A stretch of DNA of 30,940 nucleotides from Actinomycetota bacterium (GCA_035643355.1 DASQQQ010000019.1:1-30940), one strand, 5' to 3'. Shown: positions 8,819 through 17,497, counted from the first letter of the stretch. Translations and numbers: made by a program. Notes: a model not told the origin generated them from the sequence alone.

Positions 8819-10150
8819 GTGAGGGTTCTCGCGCTCGTCGACGGGGAGCACTATCCGCCGGTCACCCGCTGGGGGATCCGGCGGGCCGCCGAGCGGGGAC
8901 TGCGGGTCGAGCTCGCGTTGTTCCTGGGCGGGACCGAGAAGGTGCTGCCGGGCGCGCTCCCGGACCTCGGGGTGCCGGTGCTGCCGGCCGGCGCCGACGC
9001 CGCGGGGGCGCTGGCCTCGGCCCTCGGCCAGCACGCCGTGGAGGCCGTGCTGGACCTCTCCGACGAGCCGGTGGTGGGCTACCGGGAGCGCATGGAGCTC
9101 GCGGCCGCCTCGCTGGCCGCCGGGATCCCCTACCTGGGTTCGGATTTCCGGCTGGATCCTCCGATCCACGGTCCGCCTCTCAGCATCCCGACCGTCGCGG
9201 TGATCGGGACGGGCAAGCGGACCGGGAAGACGGCGCTGGGGGGGGAGGTCGCTCGGGTGGCCGCGCGGGAAGGGCTGAACCCGGTCCTGGTGGCGATGGG
9301 GCGGGGAGGACCGCCGGACCCGCAGGTGGCGCCGGCGGGGACCGTCGACCTCGACCACCTGCTGGAGCTGGTCCGTCGTGGGGAGCACGCCGCGTCCGAC
9401 TACCTGGAGGATGCCGTGACCTCCGGGGTGACCACGATCGGCGCCCGCCGAGCCGGAGGCGGGTTGGCCGGAGCCCCGTTCGCGTCGAACGTCCGGGAGG
9501 CGGCCGAGATGGCGGTGGAGCTCGGAGCAGGGGTCGCGGTCCTGGAGGGGAGCGGCTCGGCCATCCCGCCGATCCCGTGGGACGCGGGGGTGCTGGTGGT
9601 CCCGGCCTTCACGCCCCTCGAGTACGTCACCGGCTACCTGGGTCCCTATCGGCTGTTGCTATCGGACCTGGTTGTCCTTACAATGGCTCAGAGCTCACGA
9701 GCGGGGCTCGAGAACCTTCACGCTCTTCGATCCCACGTCCAGCGATCCCGTGGCGCACCACGGTTCGTGGTTACGGAGTTCGAGCCGGTGCCGCTGGGTG
9801 ACGTGGGGGGCATGGATGTGTTCTTCACCACCACGGCCCCCGAGCCGGTGGCCGCGAGGCAGGTCGAGGTGCTCGAGGCCGGTTACGGATGCCGGGTGGT
9901 GGGATGGAGCGCTCGTCTGGCCGATCGAGCCGGGCTCGCGCAGGACATGGACGAGGCGGAGGGATACCAGGTTCTCCTGACGGAGCTCAAGGCCGCGGCC
10001 GTCGACATCGCATGCGAACGGGCGTTGGCCTCGGGAGCCGGCGTGGTGTTCGTGGACAACCGTGCCGTCGCCGTGGAGGGAGAGTCCGATCTTCCCACCC
10101 TGCTCCGGGAGACGATCGAACTCGCGAGGAACCGCAGAGCAGCGAGATGA
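8819..10150 (+). CDS. cpgS: Cyclic 2,3-diphosphoglycerate synthetase
   Basis: Full-length run of cDPGS family motifs: VDGEHYPP, GGTEK, DLSDEPV, GTGKRTGKT (P-loop), AMGRGGP, HAASDYLEDA, RRAGGG, EGSGSAIPP, TTAP and LTELKAAAVD. Confidence 0.93.
   Translation: MRVLALVDGEHYPPVTRWGIRRAAERGLRVELALFLGGTEKVLPGALPDLGVPVLPAGADAAGALASALGQHAVEAVLDLSDEPVVGYRERMELAAASLAAGIPYLGSDFRLDPPIHGPPLSIPTVAVIGTGKRTGKTALGGEVARVAAREGLNPVLVAMGRGGPPDPQVAPAGTVDLDHLLELVRRGEHAASDYLEDAVTSGVTTIGARRAGGGLAGAPFASNVREAAEMAVELGAGVAVLEGSGSAIPPIPWDAGVLVVPAFTPLEYVTGYLGPYRLLLSDLVVLTMAQSSRAGLENLHALRSHVQRSRGAPRFVVTEFEPVPLGDVGGMDVFFTTTAPEPVAARQVEVLEAGYGCRVVGWSARLADRAGLAQDMDEAEGYQVLLTELKAAAVDIACERALASGAGVVFVDNRAVAVEGESDLPTLLRETIELARNRRAAR
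9656..9684 (+). promoter_or_regulatory. Intragenic sigma70/SigA-type promoter within cpgS (TTGCTA-N17-TACAAT)
   Basis: -35 TTGCTA at 9656-9661, 17-nt spacer, -10 TACAAT at 9679-9684. It is formed by the codons TTG CTA and CTT ACA, which are rare in this GC-rich coding context. Confidence 0.65.
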
Positions 10151-10157
10151 CCCCACG

Positions 10158-11108
10158 ATGACCAAGGATCTGAAGAGCCCGCACATCCTGATCAGCGACC
10201 GGGAGATGGGGCTGCCCTTCTCCAAGGGCCTGCTGGCATCACAGGTGATGGTGACGGGCCTGTCCCCCTACCGCGCCTACGAGGTCGCGGAGGCCGTGGA
10301 GGATCGGCTGCTCGACCTGTCGAGGCCTTCGGTCACCACCGAAGAGCTCGATGGGGTGGCGATCGAGGTGATCCAGGAGATCGCCGGCGAACGCTACGCG
10401 AAGAACTTCCTGCGGTGGAGGGAGGTCGACGCGCTGGACATCCCGCTGGTGCTGCTGATCGGCGGGACCACGGGGGTGGGCAAGTCCACCATCGCCACGC
10501 AGCTCGCCGCCCGCCTGGGGATCGTCCGCACCGTGGCCACGGACGCGGTGCGCGAGGTCATGCGGGCCATGTTCTCGCACGAGCTCATGCCCACGCTGTA
10601 CCGGTCCTCCTTCGAGGCGGGAGACGCCCTGCGCGAGCCCCCCACCCGCGACGCGGTGGTGGTGGGCTTCCGCGAGCAGGTGTCCGCGGTGGCGGTGGGG
10701 GTCGACGCGTTGGTGGAGCGGGCCGCCCTGGAGGGCATGAGCATGATCATCGAGGGGGCGCACCTCGTGCCGGGCTTCATGGACCTGGAGTCCAGGAACG
10801 AGCGCATCCTGGCGGTCCCCGTGGTGGTGACCGTGGAGGACGAGGAGGTGCATCGGAGCCACTTCATGGCCCGCTCCTCGGACCACCAGACGCGTCCGGC
10901 CACGCGATACCTGAGAGGCTTCGACAACATCCGGCGCGTCCAGCGCTACATCAAGAGCCAAGCCCTGTCCCACGGCGTGCCGGTGATCCCCAACTACAAC
11001 TTCGATCACACCCTGGCGGCGGTGATCGACCTGGTGATGGAGCGGGTAACGGAACGCGCGTCCGTGCTGGCTCCGACGGCGAACGGGACGAAAGGACGCG
11101 GTGCATGA
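10158..11108 (+). CDS. pgk2: 2-phosphoglycerate kinase (ATP-cone plus P-loop)
   Basis: N-terminal PFSKGLLA (ATP-cone-like), RWR, LIGGTTGVGKST, TDAVREVMR, ERAALEG and IEGAHLVPGF, all typical of archaeal-type 2PGK. Adjacent to cpgS. Confidence 0.92.
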   Translation: MTKDLKSPHILISDREMGLPFSKGLLASQVMVTGLSPYRAYEVAEAVEDRLLDLSRPSVTTEELDGVAIEVIQEIAGERYAKNFLRWREVDALDIPLVLLIGGTTGVGKSTIATQLAARLGIVRTVATDAVREVMRAMFSHELMPTLYRSSFEAGDALREPPTRDAVVVGFREQVSAVAVGVDALVERAALEGMSMIIEGAHLVPGFMDLESRNERILAVPVVVTVEDEEVHRSHFMARSSDHQTRPATRYLRGFDNIRRVQRYIKSQALSHGVPVIPNYNFDHTLAAVIDLVMERVTERASVLAPTANGTKGRGA

Positions 11109-11767
11109 GGCTCTTCCTGGATACGGCCAACCTCGAGGAGATCCGAGAGATCAACCGGTGGGGGGTGCTTTCCGGCGTGACCACCAACCCCACGCTGGTG
11201 GGCCGGGAGAACGAGGATCCCGGCCAGCTCTGGAAGCAGATCCTGGCCGAGGTCGACGGCGACGTGTCGCTCGAGACCACGGAGCCGGAAGCCACGCCGA
11301 TGTACGAGCAAGGCGTGCGGCTCGCCGGCATGGGCCCCAACGCGGTGGTCAAGGTCCCCATGACCCCGTCCGGCCTGGAGGCCGGCAAGCGGCTAGTGGC
11401 CGACGGGATCAAGATCAACGTGACCCTGGTCTTCTCGCCGGCGCAGGCCATCCTGGCGGCCGAGATCGGGGCCTACATCGCCTCCCCCTTCCTCGGTCGC
11501 ATCGACGACGCGGCATCGGACGGGATGCATGCACTGGCCCAGATCTGCGATATCTACGCCGTGCAGGGCTACGACACGCAGGTCCTGGCCGCCTCGCTCC
11601 GCCACCCGATGCACGTGGTCCAGGCCGCGGAGCTGGGAGCCGATATCGCCACCATGCCCTACGACGTGTTCACCAAGCTCGTGAAGCACCCGCTCACGGC
11701 TGCCGGGCTGCAGCGCTTCGACGAAGACTGGCAGACGCTCCAGCGGGGATTGAAGGGAGGAGCCTAG
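11105..11767 (+). CDS. tal: Transaldolase (TalC/FSA-like small family)
   Basis: Motifs DTAN, GVTTNPTL, VVKVP (Schiff-base lysine), NVTLVFS and ASLRH. Glu in SLE and Phe in TLVF indicate a transaldolase rather than an FSA. ATGA overlap with pgk2. Confidence 0.9.
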   Translation: MRLFLDTANLEEIREINRWGVLSGVTTNPTLVGRENEDPGQLWKQILAEVDGDVSLETTEPEATPMYEQGVRLAGMGPNAVVKVPMTPSGLEAGKRLVADGIKINVTLVFSPAQAILAAEIGAYIASPFLGRIDDAASDGMHALAQICDIYAVQGYDTQVLAASLRHPMHVVQAAELGADIATMPYDVFTKLVKHPLTAAGLQRFDEDWQTLQRGLKGGA

Positions 11768-11785
11768 TTGGCACCGGAGAGAACC

Positions 11786-13468
11786 ATGGACAGGGGCGAC
11801 CTTGAAGGCAAGGTCGCATCCGAGCTCCACACGATCGCCGATGGCCTCGGGATCGAGGGGCACCAGCGCCTGAAGAAGGCCGATCTGATCGAGCGGATCC
11901 TGGCGCACTCGGGGGGCGGCGGGAACGGAGCGCAGGCGGCCGCCGGCGCTGCCGCGGAGACGGCTCCCCCCGCCGAGACGTCGTCGCCGAACGGCGAGGT
12001 GGCGTCCGACCGGACCACGGTCCAGGAGTCCCCGTCCCAGACGTCGGAGGCGCCCCCCGGGGTCCGGGAGGAGCCGCGGGCCGAGGACCGGTCACCGCGC
12101 CCACGGATCGAGCGGGACACGCGGGAGGACGGCGGGGGCCGTCCCGAGCGCGAGGACCGCGGCGAACGTCCCAAGGGGCGAGAACCGCAGGGCGAACCGA
12201 GGAGGGATCGACCCGAGGGTCGCGGGGGCGAGGGCCGGCAGGACACCCGGGGCGGCGAGGGCGGACGTCGACGCCTGTCCCGCGAGGAGCGCCGCCGCCA
12301 GCGCGAGGAGCGCCGACAGCGGGAGATGGAGGCGCGCGAGGAAGAGATCGCCAATGCCCCCACGGCCACCGGGCTGCTGGACATCCTGCCCGAGGGTTAC
12401 GGGTTCCTGCGGACGTCGGGTTACCTGCCCGGCTCCGAGGACATCTACGTGTCGCTGTCGCAGGTACGGCGGTTCATGCTCCGCAAGGGCGACACCGTCA
12501 CCGGCAAGATCCGCCAGCCCAAGGACAACGAGAAGTACTTCGCTCTGCTGCAGATCGAGCACGTGAACGGGCTCGAGCCGGAAGAGGCCAAGCAGCGCGC
12601 GCATTTCGAGAAGCTGACGCCGCTGTTCCCGCACGATCGGTTCAGGCTGGAGACGGCGCCCGGCGACGTGACCGGTCGGATCATCGACATGGTGGCGCCC
12701 ATCGGGCAGGGGCAGCGCGGCATGGTGGTCTCGCCGCCCAAGGCGGGGAAGACCACGGTGCTGAAGAACATCGCGAACGGGATCATCGCCTCCAGCCCCG
12801 ACACCCACGTGATCGTGCTGCTCGTCGACGAGCGGCCCGAGGAGGTCACGGACTGGCAGCGCACGGTGGAAGCGGCGGAGGTCGTGTACTCCACCTTCGA
12901 CAAACCCGCCGATCAGCACATCCAGGTCACCGAGCTGGTGCTGGAGCGCGCCAAGCGCCTGGCCGAGACCGGCAAGAACGTGGCCATCCTGCTGGACTCG
13001 ATCACCCGTCTGGCCCGCGCGTACAACCTGGCGGCGCCGGCGTCGGGCAAGATCCTGTCCGGAGGCGTGGACTCCACCGCCCTGTACCCGCCGAAGCGGT
13101 TCTTCGGTGCGGCCCGGAACATCGAGGAGGGCGGCAGCCTCACCATCATCGCGAGCGCGCTGGTGGAGACCGGATCGCGGATGGACGAGGTGATCTTCGA
13201 GGAGTTCAAGGGCACCGGCAACATGGAGCTGCGGCTGGACCGGGCACTGGCCGAGAAGCGGATCTTCCCGGCCATCAACGTCGAGGCCTCGGGCACCCGC
13301 AAGGAGGAGCTGTTGATGCCCACCGAGGAGCTCGCGTTGGTGTGGCGGCTGCGCCGGGTGCTGCACGCGCTCGAGCCGGGTGCCGCGCTGGAGCTGTTGG
13401 TGGACAAGATCCGCGCCACGAAGTCCAACGAGCAGTTCCTGAAGGAGATCGCCAAGGCGCCGTCGTGA
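11786..13468 (+). CDS. rho: Transcription termination factor Rho with long charged low-complexity N-terminal insertion (alternative TTG start at 11768)
   Basis: Rho_N motif LKKADLI, RNA-binding [15 protein letters not shown]-loop [30 protein letters not shown] and [12 protein letters not shown]. Confidence 0.97.
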   Translation: MDRGDLEGKVASELHTIADGLGIEGHQRLKKADLIERILAHSGGGGNGAQAAAGAAAETAPPAETSSPNGEVASDRTTVQESPSQTSEAPPGVREEPRAEDRSPRPRIERDTREDGGGRPEREDRGERPKGREPQGEPRRDRPEGRGGEGRQDTRGGEGGRRRLSREERRRQREERRQREMEAREEEIANAPTATGLLDILPEGYGFLRTSGYLPGSEDIYVSLSQVRRFMLRKGDTVTGKIRQPKDNEKYFALLQIEHVNGLEPEEAKQRAHFEKLTPLFPHDRFRLETAPGDVTGRIIDMVAPIGQGQRGMVVSPPKAGKTTVLKNIANGIIASSPDTHVIVLLVDERPEEVTDWQRTVEAAEVVYSTFDKPADQHIQVTELVLERAKRLAETGKNVAILLDSITRLARAYNLAAPASGKILSGGVDSTALYPPKRFFGAARNIEEGGSLTIIASALVETGSRMDEVIFEEFKGTGNMELRLDRALAEKRIFPAINVEASGTRKEELLMPTEELALVWRLRRVLHALEPGAALELLVDKIRATKSNEQFLKEIAKAPS

Positions 13469-13502
13469 TGCGAACGGCCGGATGGAGGAGAGACCCGAAC
13501 CG

Positions 13503-13751
13503 ATGAAGCAGGACATCCACCCCGAGTACATGATCGCTACCGTGCACTGCTCGTGTGGGAACACCTTCCAGACCCGGAGCACCAAGCCCGAGCTCCGGGT
13601 GGAGATCTGCTCGAACTGCCATCCCTTCTACACGGGCAAGCAGAAGCTCGTGGACACCGGCGGGCGGGTCGAGCGGTTTCAGCGGCGCTACGGGAAGCAG
13701 GCGCCGACCGGTGGGTCCGCACAGGCGCGGCAGCCGCAGGGCCAGGGCTGA
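13503..13751 (+). CDS. rpmE: 50S ribosomal protein L31 (zinc-binding type)
   Basis: Motifs [21 protein letters not shown] and GRVERF. GGAGGA RBS upstream. Confidence 0.97.
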   Translation: MKQDIHPEYMIATVHCSCGNTFQTRSTKPELRVEICSNCHPFYTGKQKLVDTGGRVERFQRRYGKQAPTGGSAQARQPQGQG

Positions 13752-13759
13752 CCTCGAGC

Positions 13760-14674
13760 ATGGCCGCGGAGGCGCCGGCCAAGCAGCACTTCTACGGCGG
13801 CCAGGCCGTTATGGAGGGCGTGATGATGCGCGGCCGGGACGTGTGGGCGATCGCGGTCCGGCGCTCCGACCAACGGCTGCACGTGGAGTCGCACGACATC
13901 CACTCGATCGCCGAGCGCCATCCGATCTTCTCCAAGCCGGGGCTGCGGGGCGTCATCGCCCTGGGACAGGCGCTGTCGATCGGCGTCCGGGCGCTGGCCA
14001 TCTCGGCCAACCAGGCCTCGCCCGAGGAGGAGCAGCTCTCCTCGCGCCAGATGGTCCTCTCCATGGTGGTCGCGTTCGCGATCTTCGTCGCCGTGTTCAT
14101 CGTGGGACCGGCGGCGGCGTTCCGCTGGGTCGGGGGGCACCTGCGCTCCAGCATCCTGGTGAACGCCCTGGAGGGCGTCTTCCGGGTGCTGCTGTTCCTG
14201 GGCTACCTACTCGCCATCGGACGGACCAGCGAGATCCGCCGGGTCTTCGAGTACCACGGCGCCGAGCACAAGACGATCGCCGCCTACGAGCACGACGAGG
14301 AGCTGGTACCCGAGCGCGTGGATCGCTACTCCACCCTGCACGTGCGCTGCGGCACGAACTTCCTGCTGATCGTGATGGTCCTGACGATCCTGGTGTTCGC
14401 GTTCTTCGGCGATCCGGGGATCTGGTGGCGGATCGGCTCGCGGATCGTCGCCATCCCGATGATCGCGGGGCTGGCCTTCGAGATGCTCCGCCTCGGCGCG
14501 AAGTTCGAGCGATCCACGCTGATGCGCGCCCTGATGGCGCCGGGCCTGTGGCTGCAGAAGATCACCACTCGGCCGCCCGATCACGGGCAGATCGAGGTGG
14601 CCGTCGCATCCTTCAACGAGGTGTTGCGGCGTGAGGCCGAGAAGGTGGCGATGCGGGCGGGCCTGCAGGTCTGA
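13760..14674 (+). CDS. DUF1385 family membrane protein (YqhQ-like, predicted metal-dependent)
   Basis: Motifs YGGQAVMEGVMM, FEYHGAEHK and LHVRCGTNF, several TM segments, and position after rpmE. Confidence 0.85.
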   Translation: MAAEAPAKQHFYGGQAVMEGVMMRGRDVWAIAVRRSDQRLHVESHDIHSIAERHPIFSKPGLRGVIALGQALSIGVRALAISANQASPEEEQLSSRQMVLSMVVAFAIFVAVFIVGPAAAFRWVGGHLRSSILVNALEGVFRVLLFLGYLLAIGRTSEIRRVFEYHGAEHKTIAAYEHDEELVPERVDRYSTLHVRCGTNFLLIVMVLTILVFAFFGDPGIWWRIGSRIVAIPMIAGLAFEMLRLGAKFERSTLMRALMAPGLWLQKITTRPPDHGQIEVAVASFNEVLRREAEKVAMRAGLQV

Positions 14675-14686
14675 TTCGTCGGGTCG

Positions 14687-14714
14687 TTGATTCCCGGCCG
14701 CCGGCCCGTAGCAT
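14687..14714 (+). promoter_or_regulatory. Putative sigma70/SigA promoter TTGATT-N16-TAGCAT
   Basis: The hexamers lie upstream of AGGAGG (14743-14748) and the ATG at 14755. Confidence 0.5.
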
Positions 14715-14754
14715 GAGGCAAGCGGCTCCCCAACCGACCCGCAGGAGGCGATCC

Positions 14755-15534
14755 ATGTCCTCATCGGAGCTCGACCTTCCCGTGCTCGCGAGCCCCGACC
14801 AGATCCGGCGCCGCGAGTTCGTCACCACGAGGCGGGGCTACGATCCCGAGCAGGTCCGCGACTACCTCGAGCAGCTCGCCGCCCAGATGGAGCGGCTCGG
14901 CACGATGGCCCGTGAGGCACGGATGCAGGCGGACGCGGCGCAACGCGCGCAGGCCGAGACCCCGCAGGCCGATCCCTACGAGGAACTCGGACGCAGGATG
15001 TCGAACCTGTTCCGCACCGCTGAGCAGGAGGCGGAGCGGATCGGCCGCGAGTCCCGCGCGGAGGCGGAGGAGATCATCCGCGAGGCCAGGGCCGAGGCCG
15101 GACGGATCCGGCTCGACGCCCAAGCCAGGGCGGAGGAGGCTCGCGACGCCGCGGATCGCGCCCTGCGTGAGGCGCGGGAGCGCGCCGACCGGACCCTCGC
15201 CGGTCTGACCACCCGGCGCGATGCGCTGGTGCAGCAGCTGGCCGCCATGCAGGAGCGGCTCCTAGGGGTGGCCCGCGAGCTCGAGGTGGCGATCGATCGC
15301 GACGAGACCCACACGGTCGTGCTGGGGGAAGCGGGCCCGGCGGAGGAGGAGCGCTCCGAGCACGCCAATGTCCGTGCCGGCGGCACGGAGGACAGGAGCG
15401 GGTCCGCCGCCGGAACGGCACCGGGCGGCTTCGAAGAGCTGTGGTCAAGATCCGAGGGCGACGCCGACCTGTCGATCCCGGACATTCCGCCCCTGGATCT
15501 GGGCTGGGACGAGGACGATCCGGGCTCGTCGTAG
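14755..15534 (+). CDS. DivIVA-domain coiled-coil protein
   Basis: N-terminal SPDQIRRREFVTTRRGYDPEQVRDYL (DivIVA signature), AEQEAE/ARAEA heptad repeats and an acidic tail. AGGAGG RBS 6 nt before the ATG. Confidence 0.85.
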   Translation: MSSSELDLPVLASPDQIRRREFVTTRRGYDPEQVRDYLEQLAAQMERLGTMAREARMQADAAQRAQAETPQADPYEELGRRMSNLFRTAEQEAERIGRESRAEAEEIIREARAEAGRIRLDAQARAEEARDAADRALREARERADRTLAGLTTRRDALVQQLAAMQERLLGVARELEVAIDRDETHTVVLGEAGPAEEERSEHANVRAGGTEDRSGSAAGTAPGGFEELWSRSEGDADLSIPDIPPLDLGWDEDDPGSS

Positions 15535-15581
15535 CCCACCGTGCGTCCCCGGTCGCGGCCCGTTTGGGATGATCGAGGTCG

Positions 15582-16661
15582 ATGGACCTCACCGAACGCC
15601 TGGACGAGCTCGAGCATCGGTACGAGGGGCTGTCCGGTCGGATGGCCTCCCGCGAGGTGGCCTCCGATCCCGAGCTGCTGCGGAGCCTGGGCAAGGACCT
15701 GGCGGAGCTGCAGGAGGTGGTCCTGCCCTACCGCGAATACAAGGCCGCCCTGCATCAGGCGGACGAGGCTCGGATGCTCGGCTCTCGGGAACCGGACCAG
15801 GAGATGGCCGCCTTCCTGCAGGAGGAGGAGGCGGCGGCCCGCGGGCGGGCGACCGAGCTCCGGCGACGCCTGGAGGAGCTCTTGGTGCCGAAGGATCCCA
15901 ACGACGACAAGGACGTCGTGCTGGAGATCCGCGCGGGGGCGGGCGGACAGGAGGCGGCTCTGTGGGCGGGTGAGCTCTTCGAGCTGTACCGCCATTACGC
16001 GGAGCGCCGGCGCTGGAAGACCGAGGTCCTCTCGGCCTCGCCCTCGGACCTCGGCGGGTTCAAGGAGGTCGTGCTCGAGGTCCGGGGCCGGGGCGCGTAC
16101 TCACGACTGAAGCACGAGTCGGGGGTGCACCGGGTCCAGCGGGTCCCGGTCACCGAGTCCTCCGGCCGGATCCACACGTCCACCGCGACGGTGGCCGTGC
16201 TGCCGGCCGCCGAGGACGTGGACGTCCAGATCCGGCCGGAGGACCTGAAGACCGACGTCTACCGCTCCGCCGGTCCAGGAGGGCAGTCGGTGAACACCAC
16301 GGACTCCGCCGTGCGGATCACCCACCTGCCCACGGGCATCGTCGTGGCCGTGCAGGAGGAGCGCTCGCAGCTGCAGAACCGTGAGAAGGCCATGCGGTAC
16401 CTGCGCGCCCGACTGCTCCAGCAGGCCCAGCAGGAGGCCCAGGCCGAAGAGGCCGAGGCGCGGCGCGCTCAGGTGGGCACCGGCGAGCGGGCCGAGAAGA
16501 TCCGCACGTACAACTTCCCCGAGAACCGGGTGACCGACCACCGCGTCAAGATCACGCTGCACCGGCTGCCGGACGTGCTGCAAGGGGACATCGACGGGTT
16601 CGTCGATGCCCTGATGGCCGCCGAGCGCGCCCGTCAGCTCTCCGGCGACGGTAGGGGGTGA
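15582..16661 (+). CDS. prfA: Peptide chain release factor 1
   Basis: Motifs EIRAGAGGQEA, ESGVHRVQRVPVT (PxT), GPGGQSVNTTDSAVR and IRTYNFP. Confidence 0.98.
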   Translation: MDLTERLDELEHRYEGLSGRMASREVASDPELLRSLGKDLAELQEVVLPYREYKAALHQADEARMLGSREPDQEMAAFLQEEEAAARGRATELRRRLEELLVPKDPNDDKDVVLEIRAGAGGQEAALWAGELFELYRHYAERRRWKTEVLSASPSDLGGFKEVVLEVRGRGAYSRLKHESGVHRVQRVPVTESSGRIHTSTATVAVLPAAEDVDVQIRPEDLKTDVYRSAGPGGQSVNTTDSAVRITHLPTGIVVAVQEERSQLQNREKAMRYLRARLLQQAQQEAQAEEAEARRAQVGTGERAEKIRTYNFPENRVTDHRVKITLHRLPDVLQGDIDGFVDALMAAERARQLSGDGRG

Positions 16662-17497
16662 TGGCGATGCGACCCGCCCTGGTGCTGCGCCGCGCCACCG
16701 ACTACCTGGAGCGCCACGGCGTGGAGAGCCCGGAGCGGACCGCCGAGGTGCTGCTGGCATCGGTCCTGGGGACCGACCGGGCCGGTTTGTACGCGCGGAG
16801 CACGGGGCTGTCCACCGCCGAAGCGCGGATGTTCGGACGGGCGCTCTGCCAGCGTTGCTCCGGCACCCCTTTGCAGCACCTGACCGGGGACCAATCCTTC
16901 CGCGGCATCGTGCTCCGGGTGCGTCCGGGGGTCTTCGTCCCGCGGCCCGAGACCGAGATCCTCGTGGAGGTGGCCCTGACCGAGCTGGACCGGCAGGAAG
17001 ACCCGGTGGTGGTGGACGTCGGAACGGGGACGGGAGCGATCGCCCTGGCCATCAAGCAGGAGCGACCCGGGGCTGCCGTGTACGCGACGGACGCCTCGAT
17101 GGAGGCGGTGCGGCTGGCCACCGAGAACGCCAGCCGACTCGGGCTGGACATCACCGTGGTGGAAGGGGACCTGCTGGAGCCGCTCGCCGTCGAACTCCGG
17201 GGCTGGATCGATCTGGTGGTCAGCAACCCGCCGTACGTGACGGCCGAGGAGTACGAGACGCTCCCGCCCGAGGTGCGCGCCGATCCCTCCTCGGCCCTGT
17301 TGGGCGGGACCGCCGTGCACGAACGGCTGGTTCAGGAAGCGCTCCGCTGGCTCCGGGACGACGGCGTCCTGGCCGTGGAGATCGGCGCCGCGCAGGGCGA
17401 GGCCGTCTGGCGAGTGTTCGCCGCGTCCTACACCTCGGTGCGGGTGGCCCGGGACCTGGCGGGTCGCGATCGGGTGGTGGTGGGCCGACGACCGTGA
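16658..17497 (+). CDS. prmC: Release factor glutamine methyltransferase
   Basis: Motifs VFVPRPETE, DVGTGTGAIA and SNPPY. GTGA overlap with prfA. Confidence 0.95.
   Translation: MMAMRPALVLRRATDYLERHGVESPERTAEVLLASVLGTDRAGLYARSTGLSTAEARMFGRALCQRCSGTPLQHLTGDQSFRGIVLRVRPGVFVPRPETEILVEVALTELDRQEDPVVVDVGTGTGAIALAIKQERPGAAVYATDASMEAVRLATENASRLGLDITVVEGDLLEPLAVELRGWIDLVVSNPPYVTAEEYETLPPEVRADPSSALLGGTAVHERLVQEALRWLRDDGVLAVEIGAAQGEAVWRVFAASYTSVRVARDLAGRDRVVVGRRP

Noticed and set aside
7877-9388. Apparent 500-aa N-terminal extension of the MarP ORF (track 6704..9388)
   Set aside because: It overlaps the metallophosphoesterase and cpgS on the opposite strand. The MarP-like sequence starts at MDALDVLL (7876).
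9760-9800. GGTTCG/GAGTTCGAGCC motifs resembling a tRNA T-loop
   Set aside because: The flanks do not form a T-stem, acceptor stem or anticodon arm, so this is not a tRNA.
11105-11767. Possible fructose-6-phosphate aldolase (FSA) rather than transaldolase
   Set aside because: It has the transaldolase-type Glu (SLE), Phe (TLVF) and phosphate-binding Arg residues.
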